A stretch of DNA of 64,000 nucleotides. It comes from a virus. Position 1 is the stretch's first letter. Every line of letters starts with the position of its first letter. The notes beneath the pieces were generated by a model. It was not told the DNA's origin. It saw nothing but the letters and a program-made list of their open reading frames with translations, and searched no databases. Below, piece by piece: positions 10,644 to 20,095 of the stretch. The stretch covers positions 32,001 through 96,000 of IMG/VR virus record IMGVR_UViG_3300000553_000005; one strand, written 5' to 3'. The position numbers and the translations under genes were made by a program.

Positions 10644-11081
10644 ATGCTGATTCACCCCTTAGTTCAACAACTAAATTCAATCGTTAGTGTCACTATGCAA
10701 GCTTCTTACACAGGAGATTCCACTGATGCCACTGATAAACAACGCATAGCAGCTTATGGAGATCCAAAAGTTAATCTTGGTGGTAATTATGTTGATCCGG
10801 CGTTAACATCTTTTACTTTTAATATGATGGCTAGTGAATATTGGAAGGGTATTACTTCTGAAATGGGTTTATGCACCGCTAGATTCATGACCCAACTCCC
10901 ATCCCCTCAACATGGTCAACCAATACCTAAGCAGGGACCTCTAGATTGCATCACTTCTGATCCCGTCCATGCCGCTACAGTATGGGCTGCTGCGGTTCAG
11001 GCTGACTGTGGAACTACTATGGCTGCACTTAGAGCAGTAATTCCTCCTCAGCTTTCTACGCTACCTGATAGCCATGTTTAA
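10644..11081 (+). CDS. Hypothetical virion-associated protein
   Basis: GAGGT RBS; lies between sheath and tube genes. Confidence 0.55.
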   Translation: MLIHPLVQQLNSIVSVTMQASYTGDSTDATDKQRIAAYGDPKVNLGGNYVDPALTSFTFNMMASEYWKGITSEMGLCTARFMTQLPSPQHGQPIPKQGPLDCITSDPVHAATVWAAAVQADCGTTMAALRAVIPPQLSTLPDSHV

Positions 11082-11093
11082 AAGGCTCCAATA

Positions 11094-13307
11094 ATGAGAT
11101 CTAAGGCATTCAACAGACGAGCAATGCAGATGAGTGAGTGTAAGGATTGCAACACTCCAGGTAAGATTTGTGAATTGCATAATCCTCATATTGAAAACTT
11201 GGATATATCGACAAAAGGATCACCCGCTAAATTGGCTAATCCTAATGATGGAGAATCCGCTCCTTTTAAGGGTAAAGATACTGATTTACAAGTTGATACC
11301 ATGGGATTTGATTTACAAGCAGCCGGTGAAACTCCCGGTGCTAAGATTCTTCAATATGTCAAAAATAAGAAAATTCAATTGCAACAATTATTGGCTGTGC
11401 GTGGTGAAAATGCTTTGCTTGGTAAAATCACTACGGATTTGAAAGAAACTGTTCCTGGTGCTGCTCAAATTAACACTTCTACACTTGCTGGTATCATTGT
11501 TAAATACTTAATTCAGTCCGAAGCTACCGCCCATCACCATAAAGCTCCCACCCCATTCAATGATAGTCAATTTTTACAAGAAATAGAGCCAGTTTTAGAA
11601 AGGAAACAAGCGAGTATGAAACCAGAAATTTATTGTCCTAACTGTGGGGAAGAAGCGACTTCAACTAAACCCGGATTTGTTTCCTGCTTAGAATGTAATT
11701 ATAAAGGTCCCGATGAGATTGGTGGTGGAAAAGTGGCCCCCAGAATGAAAAATGTCAAGGCTTCAGATCTAAATGCTATGAAATTAGCAGAATTTGAAAA
11801 AGAAGCTGGTATTCTCAAAAATGTTTTGGTCAGTATGGGTATCGGAGCCTCCCTTCTTAGTGGCCTTGGTGGTTTAGCCACTATGGATGCTCACCAACAA
11901 AAAGCATACGCATCTCAAATTGAAGAAGCAGCTAAAACTAAAGCAGAAGAAAGAAATTCTCAAATAAAAAGTTACCTTAGTCATGTTGAGCGTACTCCAG
12001 AAGGAGTAGAAAAAGCCAAACAAGCACTAAATAAGGAACTATCTCGTATTAACGAACGAATTAATACGCTTAAATCTGCCCCTGTTAATGGTAATAAAGA
12101 TTATTTCGGATATGCACTTAATAGTGCGTTGCTGTCTACTTGCAATGAACAGAAAGATTTAGTTACGGAGGAATTAATGCGTTTAGGTGATATTGATACG
12201 AACAATGTATCTGATAAGGTTTCAGCCCTCAATCTAGCCAAGGCTGAAATTAAAACAGCCCTTCAATTTACTGATGGAGGAAAGGAATTTGATAAACGTT
12301 TGAAAGAATATTTTTCTCAAGAAGAAAAAGAAACTGGAAAAACTCGCGCCGAGATAGCTGCTGAAACTAAAAAGCAGATAGAAGACTACCTTGCCACAAG
12401 AGATAAAGAGGACCCTAAGCAAGCTTCTTTGAAATTTGCCGCTGCTGGTGGTGCTAATGAAGAAGAGGAAGAGGAGCCAGAAGAGGAAGAATCCACTCTA
12501 AATTCTTCAGTTGTCTCTCTCCTTGAATCCTGTAAAACCGAATGGACAAATCTTGGCGAACCCGTTAATCCTGGAACATGGCCTAAGGAGATTGAACGTG
12601 CTGTTTTAGCCCTTAATGATTCAGTAATTAAAGCTATTGAATCTATTCAAGGCAAACTTGTTGAGGGTGAATATTATATCAAGAATGTAGATGAAGGTGT
12701 AGATGCTGCGGGTGGTGGTAGTGATGTTCCAGGTATGAGCGATTTGAATATTGCTCCTTCTGAGCCTGAAACTGAAGAGAAGCCTATTCCAGAACTTCAA
12801 ACTCGTAATAATGAAAAAATGAGTAACCGTAAAGAAGCAGCTATTGAAGTAACTTCCACTGAAACCAAAAAGGCTCTTAAATTTGTTGAAGGTCTTCAAG
12901 ATAGAGTTGCCGATATTTTCTTTGAATATAAGAAAACCGTAGAAACTGCTAACAATTCTGCTCTAGTTAAGTCGGGTGGAGAGGACATGGTTCGTCTAAA
13001 GAGTAAACTTTCCGAAATTGAAAAGGTTCTTGACAAACAATTTACAGTTCTAGAAACTGCGGAAGAAGCTATTGACGATAAAAAGAAGACTTCTGCTAAA
13101 AAGGAACTCCCAGATTTTATTAAAGAGAAGCAGGAAGAAGCTAAAGACAAAAAAGAAGAACCTAAAAAAGAAGAAAAAAAGTCGGGTTTATCTTGTAAGG
13201 CTTGCGGTGAACCCATTAAAATTGTAGGTGAATGCAAAAATTGTGATTCTAAAAAAGAGAAAACATCTTCTCTTTTCATGGGGTTAAGTTTAGTCGGAAT
13301 AGAATAA
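11094..13307 (+). CDS. Modular protein, putative internal head protein with Zn ribbons and a hydrophobic segment
   Basis: Several CxxC pairs, acidic tracts, many K/R-x-A/S motifs, and EKEAGILKNVLVSMGIGASLLSGLGGLA segment. Confidence 0.5.
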   Translation: MRSKAFNRRAMQMSECKDCNTPGKICELHNPHIENLDISTKGSPAKLANPNDGESAPFKGKDTDLQVDTMGFDLQAAGETPGAKILQYVKNKKIQLQQLLAVRGENALLGKITTDLKETVPGAAQINTSTLAGIIVKYLIQSEATAHHHKAPTPFNDSQFLQEIEPVLERKQASMKPEIYCPNCGEEATSTKPGFVSCLECNYKGPDEIGGGKVAPRMKNVKASDLNAMKLAEFEKEAGILKNVLVSMGIGASLLSGLGGLATMDAHQQKAYASQIEEAAKTKAEERNSQIKSYLSHVERTPEGVEKAKQALNKELSRINERINTLKSAPVNGNKDYFGYALNSALLSTCNEQKDLVTEELMRLGDIDTNNVSDKVSALNLAKAEIKTALQFTDGGKEFDKRLKEYFSQEEKETGKTRAEIAAETKKQIEDYLATRDKEDPKQASLKFAAAGGANEEEEEEPEEEESTLNSSVVSLLESCKTEWTNLGEPVNPGTWPKEIERAVLALNDSVIKAIESIQGKLVEGEYYIKNVDEGVDAAGGGSDVPGMSDLNIAPSEPETEEKPIPELQTRNNEKMSNRKEAAIEVTSTETKKALKFVEGLQDRVADIFFEYKKTVETANNSALVKSGGEDMVRLKSKLSEIEKVLDKQFTVLETAEEAIDDKKKTSAKKELPDFIKEKQEEAKDKKEEPKKEEKKSGLSCKACGEPIKIVGECKNCDSKKEKTSSLFMGLSLVGIE

Positions 13308-13358
13308 GTAAAATCTAGAAATAGTATTTGTAATTATAAGACAGAGGAGTTTTTAAAT

Positions 13359-14051
13359 ATGGCTACCACAGATTACCTTTACCGTCAAGGGACTTCGGCT
13401 CAAACTAAGACAGTTATTAGCTCTAGGTTCAAGATTTTCACCCCTATCGTCCAGGTGGGGAAGTTTGTTAAAATGGGTGTCACCTCTAATTTCAGTATTA
13501 ATGAAACTAGAAATGTGGATGCCGTGCGTGGACTTGGGTATGGCGACCAGATTGCCGAACTAGTCCCCGGCGTGACCCAGCCGATGACCTTGGCTGTGAC
13601 TCGCCACGCTCTCTATCTTGCTAATATTATGCAGATGTTTGGTTATAAGGCTGGTGTTGCCGGTCTGGTCCGTTCTCTCAAGCATCACAAGTGGCCCTTT
13701 GATATTAAAACCGAGATTGTATTCTCCGAAGTCGCCTCCGAAGACCCCAATGTAGCCGATGGTAACCCTGCTGGAGCCATGAAAGCTGACGTTCCCAATG
13801 AAGGTGGCCTTAATAACTATGGTAATCCTGGAATTTATGCTGTCATCACTGTTTATGAAGGCTGCTGGATGAATAGTTACAGTTCAGCCTTCCAAGTTGA
13901 ACAAGCTGCTGTGACTGAAGATTGTTCTATCACTGTTTCTGATATTTATGATGCTTCTGGCTCAGTCTACGGTGACTTTATTGACTCCGGTAACAATAAG
14001 TCTGATGCTACTGGTAGATCTCTCAGATTCTCTAGTAACCCAGCATTCTAA
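13359..14051 (+). CDS. Tail tube protein
   Basis: Downstream of sheath; RNVDAVRGLGYGDQIAELVPG and VYEGCWMNSYS motifs typical of myovirus tube proteins; biased codon usage. Confidence 0.8.
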   Translation: MATTDYLYRQGTSAQTKTVISSRFKIFTPIVQVGKFVKMGVTSNFSINETRNVDAVRGLGYGDQIAELVPGVTQPMTLAVTRHALYLANIMQMFGYKAGVAGLVRSLKHHKWPFDIKTEIVFSEVASEDPNVADGNPAGAMKADVPNEGGLNNYGNPGIYAVITVYEGCWMNSYSSAFQVEQAAVTEDCSITVSDIYDASGSVYGDFIDSGNNKSDATGRSLRFSSNPAF

Positions 14052-14071
14052 TATAAATAAATCTTCGACTT

Positions 14072-14102
14072 TTAGGCCCCTTATTAGAGGGGCCTAAGTT
14101 TT
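14072..14102 (+). terminator. Terminator-like hairpin that overlaps the next RBS
   Basis: TTAGGCCCCT-tatt-AG-AGGGGCCTAA followed by GTTTT. Confidence 0.55.
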
Positions 14103-14738
14103 ATGAAGATAAAAGTCCAAACTAATTTATTAAAGCAAGCTGACACTCTCAATCATCAAATTGAAGATAGAGATATGTCTAGCGAGAGAGAGGATAGAAC
14201 TCGCTACAACTATACTAATCCTCTCACCAATAAAAGAAATCAAGAAGATCAAATTCACCAAGCTCCTGATCCGGTTAAACCACATCCTAAAAAAGAACCG
14301 CTCTCTAAGAAAGACCAAAAATGGATGGGAGAAATGGGTGTTGGTATCGCATCTTCCTTATTAAAATCCTCAGAATTACATGCCACTATGACCGAACCTG
14401 AGTGTAAACCACCCAGAGATAAGAAATTAAAAACAGATGAGAAACCGGATGATGAAAGTTTGTCTGATTTAACTCCTCAAGAGAGATTAAGTAAGACCAC
14501 TAAAACCAGAATGGCGGCTATTAAAACAGCCATACCTTTTAATTCTACTTTTGATATATTTGATCAGCATATGATAGTTAATATTCCAAAAGTAGCAAAA
14601 CGATTAGATTTAACCCCTCAAAAAATTAACCAAATGGAAAACCAAATTTCAAAAGCATTAAATGTAAGGGCAAAATACTCTCACATCACTGTTACTCCAG
14701 CGTTTGAAGGTGTTTCTCTTGAATTTTTACTTGTGTGA
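14103..14738 (+). CDS. Hypothetical protein (possible head-associated)
   Basis: Charged ORF with LLKQA and IKTA motifs, upstream of the protease. Confidence 0.55.
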   Translation: MKIKVQTNLLKQADTLNHQIEDRDMSSEREDRTRYNYTNPLTNKRNQEDQIHQAPDPVKPHPKKEPLSKKDQKWMGEMGVGIASSLLKSSELHATMTEPECKPPRDKKLKTDEKPDDESLSDLTPQERLSKTTKTRMAAIKTAIPFNSTFDIFDQHMIVNIPKVAKRLDLTPQKINQMENQISKALNVRAKYSHITVTPAFEGVSLEFLLV

Positions 14739-15604
14739 CCCTAATGCCATTTCATAAATCTGCTACTGCTACCCTTCAAGAACCACTCATCTCATTATCT
14801 CAATGGGAAAAGCTTCATCCATCTTCTTTTGGACACAAAACCGCTTCTTTTAGTAAGATCGCTGGGGATACTTCTCGTTTTATGCTCTCCCATTGCACTA
14901 TTATGGCCTCTGTGATGACTGAAGAAGGATCCCAAGACTGGTTAATTAAGCCAGAATGTAGCCAATTTTGTAACCAAAATCACGATGCTTGGGAAAATTC
15001 CATTTTAAAAGACTCATATCGATCTTTTGTTGGTGCTTTTAACTTTTTAGAACATAATCAGAATACTAAGCAAGCTAAGGGACACATTATTGATGCAGTT
15101 CTTAGAAAAGTTCATCTTACCGCCGATGTTTGGGTCTATTTTGTTGATATTTTAGTCGCCACTGATTTAGCTCATAAAGATTTAGTCAAAAAGATTCGCA
15201 GTGGTGAAATTAAATATATGTCCATGGGTTGTGTGACTGATTTGGTCATCTGCTCTTATTGTGGGCAAAAAGTAAGAGAAGATGGTCAATATTGTAGTCA
15301 TCTAAAATATAGTAAGGGTCAATTTTTACCCGATGATGACGGTGTAGCTCGTATTGTCTCTGAATTATGCGGTAGCAAAGAGCTTCCTAACGGTGGCGTT
15401 AAGTTCGTTGAAGCTTCATGGGTTGAAATCCCTGCATTTCCCGGTGCATCTTTGAGAGAGATTATTTCAAATGATTGGGAAGGGCCAAAAACTAAATTCA
15501 CCAAAGATGCAAGTGATTTAAAATTAGCTAAAGCCGCATCAACACTCATTTTACCTGGACCATCTGCTTTAATGGCAGAAATTAATAATAAACTTAAATG
15601 GTAA
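14735..15604 (+). CDS. Prohead (maturation) protease with inserted Zn finger
   Basis: NQNHDAW, FLEHNQ, YMSMGC, CSYCG..CSH, FVEASWVEIPAFPGA: HK97/herpes-type His/Ser protease pattern; precedes scaffold and capsid genes. Confidence 0.8.
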   Translation: MTLMPFHKSATATLQEPLISLSQWEKLHPSSFGHKTASFSKIAGDTSRFMLSHCTIMASVMTEEGSQDWLIKPECSQFCNQNHDAWENSILKDSYRSFVGAFNFLEHNQNTKQAKGHIIDAVLRKVHLTADVWVYFVDILVATDLAHKDLVKKIRSGEIKYMSMGCVTDLVICSYCGQKVREDGQYCSHLKYSKGQFLPDDDGVARIVSELCGSKELPNGGVKFVEASWVEIPAFPGASLREIISNDWEGPKTKFTKDASDLKLAKAASTLILPGPSALMAEINNKLKW

Positions 15605-15685
15605 AAACAGTAAAACTACAAAAATTCTGACTTTCTATATCTTAAAGGAAGTTCAGCCATTTCCCAAAACTAGGAGCTACTTAAC

Positions 15686-16921
15686 ATGAACAATAACAGT
15701 AAACCATCTCTCAGAGAACGTATCGCCGCTCTAAAGGCAGAAAAGTCAAAGAAGACTTCTTCTCGCTCTACTCAAGAAGCTAAAACTCGCGTTGCCGCTT
15801 CTTGGACTATTGCCAAGACTCTTCTCCCGACTGCTCCTAATGATGTTCAGTTTAAACTGGCTTCCTCCCTCCTTGGGAATACCACTCAAGCTCTAACAGC
15901 TATGCTACGTCAGACCGCTGTTAATGCTCATTATACTAAGCTAGCTGAGAAATTTGAGCAGATGCACAAAGTTGAACTTAATGAATTCATCGAAGATCCC
16001 TCTTTCTTAGAAAAGATGAAGGGGGAAGTCGAGAAAGAATTAAAGGGTGAACCTAAGAATGCCAAGCGTAAGAATGCCGGTGAAGGTAACGAGGAAGCCC
16101 TTGCTCCAGTAGAAGATAACGAAGAAATGAACAAAGCTCCAGAGGAAGAAGAGAATTTAGCTCCTGAAGGGGAAGAAGAAGTCGCTCCTGAAGGTGACGA
16201 CCTTGGTATGGGAGATGACATGGGAGAAGCTGCCGGATCTCCTGCTGATGAAAAGAAAGAGGTTATTCAAGAGCAGATTCAAGCCGTTAAAGACGATGTG
16301 GATGCTCTTGAAGCTGAAATCTTGGAAGGTGAAGAGCTAGATTTCTCCGAAGTTTTCAACGAAAGCAATATGGACGATAAGGTTGATAATTTAGCTAATG
16401 AAGATGAGAATGAAGAAGGCGAAGAAGGAGAGGAAGATGACTATTTCTCCCCATCGGATGCTCAAGGGATGGAAGCTGGTATGGACGGAACTCCTGAAGT
16501 GACTGATTCCTCCTATTTCTCCCACGGTGCCGCAACTGCCTCCATGGATGCTCTTTTTGATGATACTAGAACCGCCGCAAAGGATAAAGTCTATGACCAG
16601 GGCGATATTTCTGACACTCTAATGGGTGGAGATGTAGCTGATGCTGAAGAAGATCATGCTGATGATATTCTTTATGACACTCTTAAGGGACTCAAGATTC
16701 TTCCTTTCAATGAAGGTGGTTACAAGCGCGATTCAGAGCCTAAATTTGAAGAGCCTAAGAAGACCGCCAAGGCTGCTTCTCAGGCTGGTAGAACTCCTGC
16801 TCCTGAGAGTAAGAAGCGCCCCATTCGCTCACTTGGTAATGTAAAGACCTCATCTGCTGAGAGAAGCAAGGAACAGTCCATGTTGGCTTCCTTAGTTTTC
16901 CCTGATGACGAAGGTTTTTAA
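15686..16921 (+). CDS. Capsid scaffold protein (putative)
   Basis: Highly acidic, low complexity, coiled-coil; between protease and capsid genes. Confidence 0.7.
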   Translation: MNNNSKPSLRERIAALKAEKSKKTSSRSTQEAKTRVAASWTIAKTLLPTAPNDVQFKLASSLLGNTTQALTAMLRQTAVNAHYTKLAEKFEQMHKVELNEFIEDPSFLEKMKGEVEKELKGEPKNAKRKNAGEGNEEALAPVEDNEEMNKAPEEEENLAPEGEEEVAPEGDDLGMGDDMGEAAGSPADEKKEVIQEQIQAVKDDVDALEAEILEGEELDFSEVFNESNMDDKVDNLANEDENEEGEEGEEDDYFSPSDAQGMEAGMDGTPEVTDSSYFSHGAATASMDALFDDTRTAAKDKVYDQGDISDTLMGGDVADAEEDHADDILYDTLKGLKILPFNEGGYKRDSEPKFEEPKKTAKAASQAGRTPAPESKKRPIRSLGNVKTSSAERSKEQSMLASLVFPDDEGF

Positions 16922-16959
16922 TAGTTGATATTTAAACAGTAAGAAATGGCGTTAGAACT

Positions 16960-16989
16960 AAGCCCCAGGAATAAAATCCTGGGGCTTTT
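16960..16989 (+). terminator. Intrinsic terminator
   Basis: AAGCCCCAGGA-ataaaa-TCCTGGGGCTT followed by TT. Confidence 0.75.
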
Positions 16990-17050
16990 GATTTACAATA
17001 TACTACCATAAATCTTTAAAAATCAAGTATAATAATATAAGAGGTGTTAA

Positions 17051-17192
17051 ATGGCTAGACCTTTAGGTGAATTTCCATTTGAATTTGACAGCAGAGCGGG
17101 TATTTACGGCCTTTTTTGTAAATAAAGATGACGTTAGATTGGCATCTGGTGAGCTTAAACTAGGTAGACCAAAAAATAAAAAATATAAGTAA
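17051..17192 (+). pseudogene. Internally deleted GIY-YIG endonuclease remnant (tentative)
   Basis: Own promoter motif and GAGGTG RBS; MARPLGEFPFEFDSRAGIYGLFCK* followed by out-of-frame basic tail ...LKLGRPKNKKYK*. Confidence 0.4.
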
Positions 17193-17317
17193 TCATTTTT
17201 TCAACTTTACACTCCTTACTATAGAAGAGGTAATTCACTCATACTTCTGTGATCTCGTCAACGTGACTGATCCGTGAGTTGAGCTACCAAAAAACTAAAT
17301 GTAAGGAGGAATATAAA

Positions 17318-17869
17318 TTGTTCCTAGAATTACAATATTACGGACAGAATGACGGAACTACCGTCCCTGCCATCACTATGACTGGTGACCCCGGTGTAGA
17401 TAATGCGGCTTTAACTTCCGCTGGTTATCTTTCTGGTCGCATCATGTCAGTCTCTAACTTCTCCACAGCTACTGCTGCTACGGGACTCGTTGTTGTCCCT
17501 TGTGACGGGTCACTACCCCTTCACTCAGCCTCTGTGCCTAGCTCCCACCTAGCTCCTACTGCTGCCGTTCCTTATGGCACTCTGCTTCTAGGTGCTGGTC
17601 AGTTCTCAAGCTCCATTACTCCCTCCGGTTCCGGCAGAACCCCTGTGGTCCGTGCTTTCGCCAAGTTCAACGTCCCTTCCGGTGCCTTCGTTGCTACTGA
17701 TACTTTCGTAGTTGGTCAGTATCTTTACTGCGCTGGTGGTGCTAACGCTGGTCAGTATACCATTACTCCTGGTACCGCTGCAACCGCTGGTGCCATCCCC
17801 GTTGGTATTTGCACTCACGTTCCTACCCAGGCCAATGAGCCTTGGGTTGGCGTTGCTTCGTTGTTATAA
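17318..17869 (+). CDS. Head decoration / minor capsid protein
   Basis: AAGGAGGA RBS before TTG 17318; Gly/Ala/Thr-rich beta protein directly upstream of MCP with the same codon bias. Confidence 0.65.
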   Translation: MFLELQYYGQNDGTTVPAITMTGDPGVDNAALTSAGYLSGRIMSVSNFSTATAATGLVVVPCDGSLPLHSASVPSSHLAPTAAVPYGTLLLGAGQFSSSITPSGSGRTPVVRAFAKFNVPSGAFVATDTFVVGQYLYCAGGANAGQYTITPGTAATAGAIPVGICTHVPTQANEPWVGVASLL

Positions 17870-17887
17870 GATAGAGGAGATAAACAC

Positions 17888-18799
17888 ATGGCTAATCTAT
17901 CCCGCACCCAAGCTCAGACCGCTCAGTTAGGTCAGATCCTTAAGACCGCTGCTGGTCGCCAGAAACTAGCTACTGCTCTAGGCCCCAGCCTTCGCCGTAG
18001 ACGCGATTACATGAGTATCGCTCGTAAAGCACTCATGGTCGAAACCCTTCCCGATGGCGCTCTACCCATCTACGACAAGGAATTTGACGAAACCGGACGC
18101 TCCTTCGTGGAAGCCTTCGTAGTTGGTGAACAGGGCGGCGATATCGTGAAGTTGGTTAATCCTCTTCGTGTTACCGTTCCTACCTTTGAAATCACCGCTA
18201 ACCCAATGATTCCTATCACTCAGATCAAGGAACGCAGATTCGATATCGTTTCTCGCGCCCTCAATCTAGCCAAGGCTGAAATTGGAGCCACTGAAGATGC
18301 TTACATCTTCTCCCTCTTTGACAATATTGCCACCGCTGCCACTGGTAAATCCCCCGATGATCCTGTCTATAACGTTACTCTCGCTGGAGCCTCTGGTGCT
18401 GGTGTTGATGTTAACGATCTAGCTGATTGTTTCGGTCAGGTTCAGCGTCACGATCTAAGTGTTGCCTACCTTTTCATGAATCCTCGTAACTATACAGATA
18501 TCCTTAAGTGGACTGATACTACCGTTGATCGTGAAACTCAGCGCCACTTACTCAAGACTGGTATCATGGGTTACCTTTGGGGAGCCACCATTCTCCAATC
18601 CAGAAAGGTTACTTACGGAAATGTCTACATTCTAGCTGACGCCGAGTTCCTTGGTGTTATTCCTGAACGTGTGCCTCTTACCGTTCTCTCTGCTGACCGC
18701 CCCGACCTTCGCCAGATTGGATTCTCAATCTTTGAAATCGCCGGATTCTTGGTCTTCAACCCCTCTGGTGTTCAGGTCTTCAACCCCTCCGTTGCCTAA
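17888..18799 (+). CDS. Major capsid protein
   Basis: 303 aa; after protease, scaffold and decoration genes; strongest codon bias; GAGGAG RBS; followed by strong terminator; HK97-like pattern (LFMNPRNY, GYLWGATILQS). Confidence 0.85.
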   Translation: MANLSRTQAQTAQLGQILKTAAGRQKLATALGPSLRRRRDYMSIARKALMVETLPDGALPIYDKEFDETGRSFVEAFVVGEQGGDIVKLVNPLRVTVPTFEITANPMIPITQIKERRFDIVSRALNLAKAEIGATEDAYIFSLFDNIATAATGKSPDDPVYNVTLAGASGAGVDVNDLADCFGQVQRHDLSVAYLFMNPRNYTDILKWTDTTVDRETQRHLLKTGIMGYLWGATILQSRKVTYGNVYILADAEFLGVIPERVPLTVLSADRPDLRQIGFSIFEIAGFLVFNPSGVQVFNPSVA

Positions 18800-18822
18800 C
18801 TACCAACTTATCATAACTGAAT

Positions 18823-18860
18823 AAAAAATTGGCCCCTTAAAATGGGGCCAATTTTTTATT
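18823..18860 (+). terminator. Intrinsic (possibly bidirectional) terminator
   Basis: AAAAAATTGGCCCC...GGGGCCAATTTTTT. Confidence 0.85.
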
Positions 18861-18914
18861 TTAGATAACTAGTTTTCTTTCCTGACTTTGAGTAATATAC
18901 TGTATGGGGGTTCT

Positions 18915-19379
18915 ATGCATCAACAAAGAGAGTATGTAGCTAATACTTCTGTAAATTTTTCCGATTTTCGCTTTTTTGTGAAACCAGGGGATTTGTGTCG
19001 CCATCTTGAAGATACAGGAGATTTCATTATTTTTCGTAATGGAGCTTTATTAGCTAAATTGAGAATATCTACTATGGCTTTGAGAAATATGATGACTCCA
19101 GAGACAAAATTTTTTACTGAGATTAAATCCATCTCTGTCTCAGATCTTCCTAAATTAACTGAACCAGAGTCAGGCCCCCACATTGTTGTTATTGAAGAAG
19201 AGGCGGAAAAAGAGGAAGTTATTGTTATTAATGATTCAATTCCCCCTATTAAAGACGAAATAGTTAGCATCACCAATGACACTCCCCTTCTTGATGAACA
19301 GCTTGAAGAAGAAGTGGACGAAGAATCCACAGATGAAGCCGGAACTGTCACTATCGTTAAGAAGAAACGTAAAAAGTAA
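18915..19379 (+). CDS. Hypothetical protein
   Basis: ORF with acidic C-terminus and basic tail; start taken at ATG 18915. Confidence 0.6.
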   Translation: MHQQREYVANTSVNFSDFRFFVKPGDLCRHLEDTGDFIIFRNGALLAKLRISTMALRNMMTPETKFFTEIKSISVSDLPKLTEPESGPHIVVIEEEAEKEEVIVINDSIPPIKDEIVSITNDTPLLDEQLEEEVDEESTDEAGTVTIVKKKRKK

Positions 19380-19408
19380 CTTTTCCTTACATTAATGAGG
19401 CGAAGTTC

Positions 19409-20095
19409 ATGGCTGATCGTATTTGGGTATCAATTCCACTATCAAAATTATCAAAATTGCATTATAAGATTGCCATTTCTATTAAGGATCTGGTTAGTCA
19501 GAGCAATGAATTTAGCAAAAAATACGTGGGAGGTTGCGTCCCTTCTCTTATTAAATCAAACCCTAAAAAATTGTTCATGCAGTACAAAGTCGTATGCTCC
19601 AAAGCTGATTCTGATCCCCAAGGGCATGAAGTTCGTATTCAATTTGATTTATCAAAAGTGACTACTACATCCAATTTGAACAATTTAGATGTCAGATGTT
19701 CCTGTTCCTGCCCTGCTTATCTCTATTGGGGGGCACAATGGAATAGCCATCAGGTTGATGCATTAGAAGGCCCCCCAAGACCTCTCTTACAAGCCCCTAC
19801 AGAGCAATTAGACAAACGCAATGGGTATATGGTCTGCAAACATATTCATGTCGTAGCGAAGCGTATAGCCCCTTCTGTGATGAATATTCTAAACAGAATG
19901 AAAGAAAAACTTATTCTTGAAAAGATTCATCAAGACCAAAAAGATGAAGCTGAGAGAAAAATGCAGGAAGTTAAGAAAGTGGAGAAAACGATTGCTCCAG
20001 CCAAACCCGAACTTAAAAAGAAACCTTCCGTTGAGCATAAGGATTTGGGTATGTCTAATGCCCCTAGTCGCTCTCGTCCAGGAGTGCTGAAATAA
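19409..20095 (+). CDS. SWIM-type zinc-finger protein
   Basis: CSCSCPAYLYWG...VCKH motif. Confidence 0.65.
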   Translation: MADRIWVSIPLSKLSKLHYKIAISIKDLVSQSNEFSKKYVGGCVPSLIKSNPKKLFMQYKVVCSKADSDPQGHEVRIQFDLSKVTTTSNLNNLDVRCSCSCPAYLYWGAQWNSHQVDALEGPPRPLLQAPTEQLDKRNGYMVCKHIHVVAKRIAPSVMNILNRMKEKLILEKIHQDQKDEAERKMQEVKKVEKTIAPAKPELKKKPSVEHKDLGMSNAPSRSRPGVLK

